Assembly (NCBI GenBank): GCA_044225505.1
Contig: JBGAIN010000015.1
Coordinates: 1 to 64,000, forward strand
Reading direction: 5' to 3'
DNA: 64,000 nt
DNA from: Limisphaerales bacterium
GTDB taxonomy: Bacteria; Verrucomicrobiota; Verrucomicrobiia; Limisphaerales; SIBE01
Positions 8,975 to 18,674 of the stretch are shown piece by piece. Below the pieces are notes generated by a model. The model was given only the letters and a program-made list of their open reading frames with translations, ran no database searches and was not told the DNA's origin. The translations under genes and the position numbers were made by a program. Positions within the stretch are counted from its first letter, which is position 1. Every line of letters begins with the position of its first letter.

Positions 8975-10463
8975 GGGTCTGTTCGGCTCGCATTGGGGCT
9001 GGGGTGGCGGGATCGGTCGGAACGGATCGGTTATCACTCAAAACCCACGTATCCTTGCTTCCTCCGCCTTGAGATGAGTTAACGACCAGGGAACCTTTGC
9101 GCAAGGCTACCCGAGTAAGTCCTCCTGGCAAAACAAAGATCTCTTTCCCGTAAAGTATGTAAGGTCGCAAATCAACGTGGCGCCCTTCCATGGCTCCATC
9201 GCAGAGCGTCGGCACTCGAGACAAAGCCAAGGTTGGTTGAGCAATGTAGTTTCGCGGGTGAGCTCGCACTTTCTCGGCAAACTCAGCAATCTGGTCCTTT
9301 GTGGAGTGGGGGCCCACGAGCATGCCGTAACCGCCGGATTCGTTGGCCGATTTGACGACCAGTTCACCCAGGTGCTCCAACACGTAGGCTAAGTCGTCTT
9401 TCTCGGAACAAACGTAGGTTGGCACATTTGGAACGATTGGATCTTCCCCCGTGTAATACTTGATGGCTTTAGGCACATAAGCGTAAACCACTTTGTCGTC
9501 GACCACGCCGGTGCCTGGCGCGTTGGCCAGAGCGACATTGCCCGCTTTGTAAACCCGCATCAAGCCGGGAACGCCCAGGAGGGAGTCCGCTCGAAACGAT
9601 TCCGGATCAATGAAATCGTCGTCAAGGCGTCTGTAAATGACATCCACACGCTCAAATCCTTGCGTCGTTCGCATCCAGACATATCCATCGTGCACGACCA
9701 AGTCACTCCCTTGAACCAGCTCCACTCCCATCTGCTGCGCCAAGAATGAGTGCTCAAAATAGGCCGAATTATACATCCCCGGCGTCAGCAAAACCACCCG
9801 GGGAGTTGCAACGGAATCGCCCGCGAGAAATTCCAACATGTCGCGCAACTTGAGCGGATAATCTGAGACTGGACGAATGCGAGCCGCGTTAAACACCTCT
9901 GGAAACAGGCTCTTCATCAAGCGCCGATTCTCCAAAACGTAAGAAACGCCTGACGGGGTTCTTAGATTGTCTTCGAGGACGTAAATGATCCCGTCGCGAT
10001 GCCTTACCAAATCGGTGCCTGTAATATGACACCAGATGCCGCGGGGCGGATTCAGACCGACGCATTGCTTGCGAAATCCCTGCGACGATTCCACCACTTC
10101 GCGAGGCACAACTCCATCACGAACAATCTTTTGATCGTGGTAGAGGTCGTCAATAAACTGGTTAAGCGCGAAAATGCGTTGCTTTAGCCCTCGCTCCAAA
10201 CGGTCCCACTCGCCAGCTGGGACAATGCGCGGGATGAGATCAAAGGGAAGGGTTTTCTCAACGCCTTGGCTGTCGCTGTAGACATTGAAGGTGATCCCAG
10301 ATCGAATCAACGCCACCTCGGCCGCCTTTTGGCGAAGCCCAAGTTCGCCATCGGGAAGAGATTCAATCTCCCTCAGCAGTAGCCTCGCGCCCGGTCGAGG
10401 AGAGCCACTCTCCGCAACCAGTTCGTCAAAAAAATCACCGGTTTGATATTGATTAAATCGCAT
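8967..10463 (-). CDS. Circularly permuted type 2 ATP-grasp protein (DUF404/407)
   Basis: GITFNVY, PFDLIPR, VLEDNLRTPSGVSY, NSAYFEH, LVVKSANESGGYGM, RHVDLRPY, PGGLTRVAL, NSSQGGGSKDTWV. Start is placed at MRFNQY, downstream of the sigma54 motif. Confidence 0.94.
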   Translation of the reverse strand: MRFNQYQTGDFFDELVAESGSPRPGARLLLREIESLPDGELGLRQKAAEVALIRSGITFNVYSDSQGVEKTLPFDLIPRIVPAGEWDRLERGLKQRIFALNQFIDDLYHDQKIVRDGVVPREVVESSQGFRKQCVGLNPPRGIWCHITGTDLVRHRDGIIYVLEDNLRTPSGVSYVLENRRLMKSLFPEVFNAARIRPVSDYPLKLRDMLEFLAGDSVATPRVVLLTPGMYNSAYFEHSFLAQQMGVELVQGSDLVVHDGYVWMRTTQGFERVDVIYRRLDDDFIDPESFRADSLLGVPGLMRVYKAGNVALANAPGTGVVDDKVVYAYVPKAIKYYTGEDPIVPNVPTYVCSEKDDLAYVLEHLGELVVKSANESGGYGMLVGPHSTKDQIAEFAEKVRAHPRNYIAQPTLALSRVPTLCDGAMEGRHVDLRPYILYGKEIFVLPGGLTRVALRKGSLVVNSSQGGGSKDTWVLSDNRSVPTDPATPAPMRAEQTHA

Positions 10464-10512
10464 GACACCGATGGCCGTCGTGTGCTGGCCGCTAGAGCGT
10501 TTCTGTTTACCA

Positions 10513-10528
10513 AGCACGGCATATGCCA
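10513..10528 (-). promoter_or_regulatory. Putative sigma54 (RpoN) -24/-12 promoter of the ATP-grasp/transglutaminase operon
   Basis: Minus strand reads TGGCATATGCCGTGCT, i.e. GG-N10-GC with the TGGCA flank, about 50 nt upstream of ATG 10463. Confidence 0.65.
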
Positions 10529-11382
10529 TCACAAATTTAGACCACGGCACTGCCATTTCGCACGATTCCAACCAAATTTAGGTTCCAGCCTGTTCTTGCC
10601 TACCGCAGACTCGCGAGCTTCACGTTATGCGGCCTGGCGAACTTTATCCACCCTGTTGTTTTCGCAACAATACGTAGCCACGCTTCTGAATCCTCTCGAA
10701 GCCGCGATCCTATGGCCGCTTGCCCAGCCACTTTCCTCATCGCTGCCGCAGAATCGATTGCAGCTGACCCCATCCATCGCGCTTCCACTTACCGTCTCGA
10801 CAGAGTTTGCTGGGACCGTGATGGACTAGAAAGACGAAACCCTGAGCAGACTGGAGTGTGTGTGAGTTTCAGCGGTTGAGCAAGCGGGATTGTACGTAGT
10901 CTACCGTATTGCCTAAACTCTTGAAGGTGGCAGTATCACTCTCAGTGCGCCTTCAAAGATGCCAACCAGTAAACTAAGGTAGTTTCCCGGATTTGATATT
11001 TCGGCTTGTCGATACCGGAACGGTTTCACCAGGGATACGTTCCGGCAATTATCGTTGCGGCTTGCACGGTCGCTTCATGACTCCCGTAGATAAATTAAAA
11101 AATCCTAGAATTGACCGGTGTTCTCTTTGGGGGAAGGGCATGACGGCAGCAGCGAATCGGTAGGAGACACGCTAGAGAATACCGACGTCTATCGATTGAA
11201 TGAGGCTTATTTTATTCTGATTACTAGTGGCGTATGTAGCACCAACAACTGTTACCGACTCTTCAATCGAGAAGTTCGCCGGTCCGCGACTCGTCTCGCT
11301 TGAGTTGAAAGCTTGGGACAGTTTCGGCATCTCCTGCGCATCTTTCGCAAGGCGTTGCTTTCAAAAAACAACCTGATTTGGA

Positions 11383-12684
11383 TTGAAGACAAAAATTAAG
11401 TTGGATTTATCGGCAAGTGACTCGAGCGCCATGGCGGCTTGGTCCAAGCTGGAGTTGGTCGTGGTCACCCTGGGTGTTGCGGCGTGGACCGCCTCAGCGC
11501 AAGAGGCGTTGCGGAGCACGTCGGAGCTCTACAGCACAGGAAAGCCGCCAGAACTGTTGCGCCGTTCTGACGATTACACCTTTAAGAGCGGCGATTTCCG
11601 AATGCTCGTCACGCCGTCGTTAGCGATGGACTGGAGCGATAACATCAACCTTTCCAAGGACCACAGCTTGGACGACTTCATCTTTAAGCCCCTTGTGCAG
11701 TTCGACGCTACCTATCCAATCAGTCGCCGCCAGGAATTACGAATGAGTGCGGGCATTGGATACGACTATTACACGCGACACCAAGAGTATAGTGCCCTGC
11801 GCATCGTATCCGGCTCTGAAGTGGCGCTTGACGTCTTCATCGGTGACTTTTTGCTGAATTTCCATGACCAGTTCGAATACATTCAAGATCCAGCAGAGCA
11901 AGCCGCAGTGACAGGAAGCGGCCGTTACGGCGGGTTCAACAATTCGGCAGGACTGACAACAACCTGGAACCTGGGCGACGTCTTCCTCACTTTGGGTTAC
12001 GATCACCGCAATTTTATCGCGTCCTCCTCGAGTTTCGATTACCTCAATCGCTCCTCAGAGCTGTTTTTAAGCCGGGTCGGTTTCCGTCTTTACAACGAGT
12101 TTACGACAGGAGTTGAAGCGACTGGCTCCTTAACGTCCTACGATCGCGAAGTGCTCAACGAGGGCGCTGGCTATAGCGCTGGTGCTTTCGCCGAGTGGAA
12201 GCCGGGCGCGCGCTTCCGGACATTGGCCCGTGCGGGGTATGTCTCCTACTTGTTTGATCAAACCAGCCGGGTCCTAAAGGCAAATGATCGCGACAGTTGG
12301 TATGCGAGTCTTTACCTCGGGCATAAAGCGACGGAGTTTTTTACTTATTCGCTGACCACCGGGCATGACTTGCGGTTGGGAACGAAGACTGACGCGATCG
12401 AAGAGTGGTACGTCCGTCCCGCAGTGGACTGGAACATCATGGAGCAGCTCAGCGCATCGACCTACCTTTCATTCGAGCATGGCGACGAAGGTTCCGTCAG
12501 CCAGGTTGCGCGCCCGTCGGAGACTTACGATTGGTTTGGATGGGGCCTCAACTTGGGACACTCGTTTAGCAAGAAATTCGATGTCTCTCTGAAATATCGG
12601 CTCACCCTGCGAGCTTCAGAGCTCGCGAGCGAGGAATACGGGCAGAATCTGGTTGGTCTCCGCTTCAGCTACCGGATGCAATGA
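11383..12684 (+). CDS. Outer-membrane beta-barrel protein associated with polysaccharide export
   Basis: Signal peptide (…AAWTASA-QEALR), alternating aromatic beta-strands, C-terminal strand NLVGLRFSYRMQ; first gene before wza/wzc homologues. Confidence 0.75.
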   Translation: MKTKIKLDLSASDSSAMAAWSKLELVVVTLGVAAWTASAQEALRSTSELYSTGKPPELLRRSDDYTFKSGDFRMLVTPSLAMDWSDNINLSKDHSLDDFIFKPLVQFDATYPISRRQELRMSAGIGYDYYTRHQEYSALRIVSGSEVALDVFIGDFLLNFHDQFEYIQDPAEQAAVTGSGRYGGFNNSAGLTTTWNLGDVFLTLGYDHRNFIASSSSFDYLNRSSELFLSRVGFRLYNEFTTGVEATGSLTSYDREVLNEGAGYSAGAFAEWKPGARFRTLARAGYVSYLFDQTSRVLKANDRDSWYASLYLGHKATEFFTYSLTTGHDLRLGTKTDAIEEWYVRPAVDWNIMEQLSASTYLSFEHGDEGSVSQVARPSETYDWFGWGLNLGHSFSKKFDVSLKYRLTLRASELASEEYGQNLVGLRFSYRMQ

Positions 12685-13448
12685 ATTCATGCCCAATGCC
12701 ATCGCTCCTTGATCGCTCGTTCCGAAATGGCCTTTTCAGGACGATGTCGCTGATCGTCGTTACTGCCTGCGCGATGGTAGGCCCACTGCACTCGGCTGAG
12801 TCGTCGAAAGCGCATGAAAGTCGCAGTCGAGATTTATCCGCGGGAACCAAGGTTGTTTCAGCGACCTCTCAGTTGGGGAACGGCAGCATGGAAAGTCTCG
12901 ACGATAAGCGGCGTCTCGTCATCGGGGACAAATTGAGTTTTCGAATTCTGGAGGATCAAGAGGATCCTGCCGAGCCCATTGAGCCACGCTCCTTAACGGT
13001 GACAGACGCGGGGGACTTGGAAATCCCTTATCTGGGGCGCATGCCCGCCGAGAATCGCACGTGCCGACAATTGGCTTTCGAAATCAAAACGGCTTTGGAG
13101 AAAGAGTATTACTATCAAGCGACGGTAATCATCGCCGTGGATATCATGACGAAGATCCGCGGAAAAGTTTACGTGGCCGGCCCTGTTCACATCCCTGGCC
13201 CGCAGGAAATCCCGAGTGATGAAACCTTGACCCTATCCAAAGCAATTCTCCGAGCGGGCGGCTTCGAGGAATCGGCGGACAAACGCAATGTTCGCATCAT
13301 TCGGAAGGGGAGCCGGCCGGACTCGGAGAAGAAAGGCGGACTGGTCGTCGACGTTGAAGAGATTTTCGACAAAGGGAGGATCGACCGGGACGTGCCGTTG
13401 GAGCCCGGGGATTTCATAGTGGTGCCCACTCGTCTGATCCGTTTCTAG
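12681..13448 (+). CDS. Polysaccharide export protein (Wza-like Poly_export + SLBB)
   Basis: LVIGDKLSFRI, GDLEIPYLG, VYVAGPVHIPG, AILRAGGF, DVPLEPGDFIVVP. Confidence 0.88.
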   Translation: MNSCPMPSLLDRSFRNGLFRTMSLIVVTACAMVGPLHSAESSKAHESRSRDLSAGTKVVSATSQLGNGSMESLDDKRRLVIGDKLSFRILEDQEDPAEPIEPRSLTVTDAGDLEIPYLGRMPAENRTCRQLAFEIKTALEKEYYYQATVIIAVDIMTKIRGKVYVAGPVHIPGPQEIPSDETLTLSKAILRAGGFEESADKRNVRIIRKGSRPDSEKKGGLVVDVEEIFDKGRIDRDVPLEPGDFIVVPTRLIRF

Positions 13449-13457
13449 ATTCCAGCG

Positions 13458-15605
13458 ATGAGAATCACGTTGCCAGCGAAACTGTCGCCATCTCTGCCGC
13501 CTGAGTTGCGATACTCCGCTAACGGCCTGAGCCCTGAACCAATATCGTCCCGGTCCAATTCGGGAGAAAAGTTCCTCTGGTCGCTTCGTCAGTTCTGGTG
13601 GATCCCCTTGTTTTTGGCCGGACTTTCAACGGTTGCGGCGATCGGTATTATCCCATTCATTCCACCGACCTATCTCTCGCAGGCGTGCCTTTGGGAGACT
13701 GAGAAGCTTCGGATGCCTGAAAGTGGAGGCTTCACGGAAGACCCGCAAAGCTATTACGCGACGCAGACGGAGCTTTTGAAAAGTGAACGTTTGGCCAATG
13801 CTGCCTACGTCCGTCTGCAAACGTCTCCGACCAACTCGGTACCGGTGGACCGTTCTGGGAAGCCACTGGCGGTTCGCCTGCGTGTCTCCCAGGTCCCGAA
13901 GACGACTCTGTTCGAAGTCGAAGCCTCGAGTTCCGTTCCATGGTTTACGCAAGCTTACCTGGGCGCTCTCCTGGACGAGTACCTGAAGTACCGTCGAGAT
14001 GTCCGCAAGGCGGTCTCAGGTGGCACCATGGCCTCAATCTCCGACCAGTTGCTGAGGTTGGAGCGCGAACTGAAGGCGGATCAGAACGCGCTCTTGGCCT
14101 TTGAGCAAGCCAACAATTTGGCGGTGCTGGAAGAAGATAGAAAAGTCGCTAGCGGTGTTTTGGCAAAACTCGAGACGGAACTCTCCGAGTTGAAGCCTGA
14201 GTCACAAATCTTGGAGGCAACGACTATCGCCCAAGCCCAATCGGACAAAACGAACGGCGGACGCATGGCGTTTACGACGGTGCGGAACGTGGATAACGCT
14301 GCTTCTTATGCCGTGGCCACAGAACGACAGGCTGCCTTTAAAGAATTGGCGGCGCTCCGTCTCAAGCGAGAAAAACTCAGCAAGTACTTCCGGCCTCGAC
14401 ATCCCAAGATCGTGAAGTTGGATGGTGAGATCGAGCAAGCTGAGAAACTCGCGCAGATCTATCGCGACCAGAACCGAGATCAGCTTTCGGCGGTCAGTCA
14501 GGCAATCAAGATGCGGGTGGAAAGCACTCGGGCTGCCATTCTGGAATGGCAAAATAAAGTTGTCGCGGCCAATCAGCGAATAGCGGAGGCGGATCGACTT
14601 AAGTCTAACGTCAGCCGAACCCAAAGCCTCTACGACCGGTTACAGATCCTCGTGCAGAATGTGGACGTGACACGCAACCTGGACCAGCAAACCCTGGCCG
14701 TGCTCGAACCTCCATCCGAAGTCCGTCGCACTTACAAAATGGAATTGGCCCTGTTAGGGCTCGCTATTTTCTGTGGGCTGTCAGTTGGCACCGGCATCGT
14801 TTACGTCGTTGGCAGCCGAGATGATCGCTTCCGATCAGCGTCCGACGTGACGGAGCAGTTCGGTGACACCATCCTGGGGCGCGTTCCAGAGGTCCGGGCG
14901 TTGCGCAAAAAAGGACGCTCTCCATTACTGGCGAATGGTGATGAACCCTATGCGTTTGCCGAGGCTTACCGAAGCCTCCGATCTTCGCTGCTGTTCCTGC
15001 CCGTGGCTGGGGAACGGCCCCGTGTCATTCTAATCACGAGTGCTACCGCACAGGAAGGCAAGTCCACCATCGCTGCGAACCTTGCCAAAGCGCTGGCTTT
15101 GGGGAGTTCCAGAGTCTTGCTTGTGGATGGGGATTGCCGCAAAGGGCGGCTCCACGATCAGTTGGGATTGCATCGATCTCCCGGTTTGACCGATCTCTTG
15201 AACGATACGGCGGAACCGGAAATCGCTGTGCAGAAAGATGCGCTGCCAAATCTATCCTTCGTTTCAAGGGGCACCAGTCATCGTAGCCCAGGAGATCTGT
15301 TGCTGCGCCCTAAAATGGACCACCTTCTCGCTCGCTGGCGCCAGGAATTTGACTTTGTGGTGATCGACAGTTGTCCGGTTTTGTCGGCCGACGATGCCAC
15401 AACATTGGCCGCTAAAACCGATGGTACTCTATTTGTGATGCGTCGGCGCTTTTCGCGTGCTGCCATAGCGAGTGAAGCTTTGAACTCTTTACTGGAACGC
15501 CAGGCCAGAGTGCTCGGCATTGTGTTTAACCGAGTGGACGCTTCTGCGAAATCGTACGTGTATTACAAGGATCCGGACTATCACGACTCCGCCATCAATT
15601 TGTAA
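13458..15605 (+). CDS. Polysaccharide co-polymerase/tyrosine autokinase (Wzc/GumC-like)
   Basis: Two TM segments flanking a coiled coil; EAYRSLRS, Walker A ITSATAQEGKST, VLLVDGDCR, VVIDSCP, Tyr-rich tail SYVYYKDPDY. Confidence 0.92.
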   Translation: MRITLPAKLSPSLPPELRYSANGLSPEPISSRSNSGEKFLWSLRQFWWIPLFLAGLSTVAAIGIIPFIPPTYLSQACLWETEKLRMPESGGFTEDPQSYYATQTELLKSERLANAAYVRLQTSPTNSVPVDRSGKPLAVRLRVSQVPKTTLFEVEASSSVPWFTQAYLGALLDEYLKYRRDVRKAVSGGTMASISDQLLRLERELKADQNALLAFEQANNLAVLEEDRKVASGVLAKLETELSELKPESQILEATTIAQAQSDKTNGGRMAFTTVRNVDNAASYAVATERQAAFKELAALRLKREKLSKYFRPRHPKIVKLDGEIEQAEKLAQIYRDQNRDQLSAVSQAIKMRVESTRAAILEWQNKVVAANQRIAEADRLKSNVSRTQSLYDRLQILVQNVDVTRNLDQQTLAVLEPPSEVRRTYKMELALLGLAIFCGLSVGTGIVYVVGSRDDRFRSASDVTEQFGDTILGRVPEVRALRKKGRSPLLANGDEPYAFAEAYRSLRSSLLFLPVAGERPRVILITSATAQEGKSTIAANLAKALALGSSRVLLVDGDCRKGRLHDQLGLHRSPGLTDLLNDTAEPEIAVQKDALPNLSFVSRGTSHRSPGDLLLRPKMDHLLARWRQEFDFVVIDSCPVLSADDATTLAAKTDGTLFVMRRRFSRAAIASEALNSLLERQARVLGIVFNRVDASAKSYVYYKDPDYHDSAINL

Positions 15606-15926
15606 CCAGGCGGCGGCGTTGAAAGCGTCAATTAATCATTCGCTGGTGAATTAGGAGTGGTCATCCATCGAGGCACGGCGTGTTGATATTGTTCTGCGGG
15701 CCATCGCTCGAGCATGGCGTTGAGGCAGAAAGCTAGGTTGGCGACGACCATGCCCGCCACGGCAGACGCACCAGATCCGATTTAATCTCGGCGCTCCTCT
15801 TCGCTCGCCAGATGGGAATGGCGTTGCGACGTCACCGGCACGAAGTGTCAACAGGGAAGGACGCCTGCAACGCAGTGCGTCATTCCGGATCTTAACGAGC
15901 GGCAAAGAGTAAGTATCTTGGCAGTT

Positions 15927-17273
15927 ATGGAGTATATACCATTCTACAAACCGTGCTTGGGGGACAACGAAATCAGCGAAGTCGTTGAGACGCTTCGCAG
16001 CGGCTGGCTCACTACCGGTCAGAAGACAAAGGAGTTCGAGCGGGCTTTTGGCGAATACTTCGACGTGCCGCACTCGGTTGCGCTGAATTCATGCACCGCC
16101 GCGTTGCATCTCGCTCTCGAGGCCGTAGGGATCCAAGCTGGCGAAGGGGTGATTGTTCCGACCATGACGTTTGCCGCCACTGCGGAGGTTGTCCGTTACC
16201 TGGGCGCTCGGCCGATCCTGGTCGATTGTCGCCACACCGATTTCAATTTGGATGTCTCTTCGGCCGAAGTTGCCATCCAGGCGGCCCTCCGCCAAGGACA
16301 GCCTGTCAAGGCCATTATGCCGGTCCATTATGCCGGGCAGATCGGCGACGTCTCCGGAATCGCGGCTTTGAGCAAAAAGTATGGCCTAAAGATTATCGAG
16401 GACGCTGCGCATTGTTGCCCAGCGTATTACCGTCCCACACCCGCTCCACCACTTCCAGCTTCGACCCACTCGGCGACCACGATACCGATCACGAACGCCA
16501 GCGACGCGAACTCTTCGTTGCGAGCCGAAGGATGGCTGCCAGTCGGCACGGGTGCAGACGTTTGTTGCTTTTCATTTTATGCGAACAAGTGCATCACGAC
16601 GGGGGAGGGCGGGATGGCATGCACCAATTCAGCAGCATATGCCGACCGTATGCGAATCATGTCGCTACATGGCATTTCCCGGGACGCTTGGAAACGCTTC
16701 ACTGCCCAAGGCTCATGGTATTACGAGATTCTGGCACCGGGATATAAATATAACCTTACCGACATTGCCGCAGCCCTCGGCATTTGCCAGTTACGCCAAA
16801 TTGAAGATTTTCATCGGCGCCGCTCCATTCTTAGCCAACTCTACCGACAGCGTTTGGGCGACTTGTGTGAGCTTATTATGCCTGAGGAGATGCCTGAGCG
16901 GATCCATTCTTGGCATCTTTTTGTGATTCGGCTTCGATTGGACCTTCTTTCTATCACTCGAGGAGATTTTATTACTGCACTTGGCAAGGCTGGGATTGGA
17001 ACCAGCGTCCATTACATGCCGTTGCATATGCATCCTTACTATCGGGAGACCTATGGATACTGCCCCGAGGACTTGCCCTGCATGGCTCGAATCTATCCGG
17101 AGATTGTCACGCTTCCACTTTATCCCACGATGACCGAAGAACAGTTTGATTACATCTGCCAGACGATTCGCAAGTTGGTGGCAGAGCATTCGCGTCGAGT
17201 TGTGGCCGTTTCACCTCCCACCAAGGTGAGGCAGAAAGTCGCGGCTCAGCCCGCTAGAATGATCTCTGGCTAA
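15927..17273 (+). CDS. DegT/DnrJ/EryC1/StrS-family PLP-dependent sugar aminotransferase
   Basis: SGWLTTG, NSCTAALHLAL, PVHYAG, IIEDAAH, FSFYANKCITTGEGGM (PLP lysine), GYKYNLTD. Confidence 0.94.
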   Translation: MEYIPFYKPCLGDNEISEVVETLRSGWLTTGQKTKEFERAFGEYFDVPHSVALNSCTAALHLALEAVGIQAGEGVIVPTMTFAATAEVVRYLGARPILVDCRHTDFNLDVSSAEVAIQAALRQGQPVKAIMPVHYAGQIGDVSGIAALSKKYGLKIIEDAAHCCPAYYRPTPAPPLPASTHSATTIPITNASDANSSLRAEGWLPVGTGADVCCFSFYANKCITTGEGGMACTNSAAYADRMRIMSLHGISRDAWKRFTAQGSWYYEILAPGYKYNLTDIAAALGICQLRQIEDFHRRRSILSQLYRQRLGDLCELIMPEEMPERIHSWHLFVIRLRLDLLSITRGDFITALGKAGIGTSVHYMPLHMHPYYRETYGYCPEDLPCMARIYPEIVTLPLYPTMTEEQFDYICQTIRKLVAEHSRRVVAVSPPTKVRQKVAAQPARMISG

Positions 17274-17348
17274 GCAGTGGTTTTGCTGGCACACGGCTGA
17301 GCTGCCGGTGGGTATTTGTTAATCCGATTGAATGCCTAAGGAGTCGGG

Positions 17349-18674
17349 ATGAGTAAGGCCGAAGTACGTTCCAGCTATCTTGTTCTGAAGCGGGCCTACG
17401 ACATTGCCGGTTCTGTTTTGGGCCTCATTATTCTCGGGCCGATAGGGCTTCTGATTGCTATTGCGATCAAGCTTTCTGATGGAGGACCTGTCTTCTACCG
17501 GCAACGGCGCGTTGGGCAACAGGGTGTTGACTTTCGCGCTCAAGACGCACGGATCACACGGATTGGCCGCATACTGCGAAGGACAAAGATCGACGAACTG
17601 CCGCAGCTTTGGAACGTGCTCATGGGTGAAATGAGCTTTGTTGGCCCGAGGCCGGAAGTTCCGCGCTACGTTGATCGCTACACCCGGGAACAACGGCAAT
17701 TGCTCTCGTTTAGGCCTGGCATCACTGATTTAGCGACGCTTGTGTTCCGAGACGAAGAGACGCTCTTGCGTCATGCGGTGGACGTGGAAGCGTTTTATAT
17801 TGAGCACTGTATTCCCAGAAAATTCCACCTGAACATGCAGTATGCCCGTCAGGCTAACTTGTGGCGAGATACCGTCATCATTTTGAGAACGCTTTGCCCA
17901 TACTGGCTTGGGATTGGCGGCGCTTACGGATTGCTCTTGTCGGTCAGTCTCTATCTCGCTTATCAACTCCGTTTTGATTTCGCAGTCCCACCGAATGAGC
18001 TTTCCGTCCTTCTCCAGACAGGCCCGTTCTTTGTGGCATTACAACTTGTCGCTCTTTATTGGTGGCGGCAGTTCAAGGGTCTACTGAGCTTCTTCGGTCC
18101 GGCTGAAATCCAGCAATTAGGCTTTGCTCTCGCTGCCGCGGCTGGCATGCAGTACCTTCTCTGGATTTTTTCGCAAGGCCGGTGGATGGCACCGCGCAGT
18201 GTCATTGTGACCGACTGGTGTATAGCGTTTCTCATGATCGTTGTCGCGCGCACTTCGCTTCGATCTCTTCATGAACTTCAAGCCCGACGGCGTTCGAAAC
18301 CGCACGTTCCTGGGACCTCGATTCGAGTCGGCTTGGTTGGGGCGGGAAACACCGGAGCGTGGTTGATCAACGAGATCAATCGGAAGCAGCAAGGATCTCA
18401 TAAGGTCGAAGTGGTATTTGATGATGACCCGTCAAAATGGCACCGGCAAATCCACGGCATTCCGGTAGTTGGAATGCCCGAATGTATTCTCGATGGTTCG
18501 TGGCGAGATCGACTCGACGAAGTCATTGTTGCTGCCGGAGATGCCAATCCAGAACGGGTCGAGCAAATTAAGGCTATTCTTGAGGGGGCCAATATTCGCG
18601 CCCGTTTGATCCCCTCGCTGCGGGAGATTCTCTCCGACATTCGTCTGCCCAACGCGGGCCCAAATATCCCATGA
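17349..18674 (+). CDS. Priming sugar (phosphoglycosyl) transferase domain fused to a CapD-like TM + Rossmann N-terminal module; carries an internal in-frame deletion
   Basis: [62 protein letters not shown], then four TM helices and [15 protein letters not shown]. Confidence 0.85.
   Translation: MSKAEVRSSYLVLKRAYDIAGSVLGLIILGPIGLLIAIAIKLSDGGPVFYRQRRVGQQGVDFRAQDARITRIGRILRRTKIDELPQLWNVLMGEMSFVGPRPEVPRYVDRYTREQRQLLSFRPGITDLATLVFRDEETLLRHAVDVEAFYIEHCIPRKFHLNMQYARQANLWRDTVIILRTLCPYWLGIGGAYGLLLSVSLYLAYQLRFDFAVPPNELSVLLQTGPFFVALQLVALYWWRQFKGLLSFFGPAEIQQLGFALAAAAGMQYLLWIFSQGRWMAPRSVIVTDWCIAFLMIVVARTSLRSLHELQARRRSKPHVPGTSIRVGLVGAGNTGAWLINEINRKQQGSHKVEVVFDDDPSKWHRQIHGIPVVGMPECILDGSWRDRLDEVIVAAGDANPERVEQIKAILEGANIRARLIPSLREILSDIRLPNAGPNIP

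Noticed and set aside
11325..11340. GG-N10-GC upstream of the EPS barrel gene
   Set aside because: The flanks (CGGCAT…GCGCA) match the sigma54 consensus poorly, so this is likely chance.
15606..15625. GGCGGCGGCG after wzc as a possible ops/JUMPstart element
   Set aside because: It does not match GGCGGTAG, and such runs are expected by chance at this GC content.
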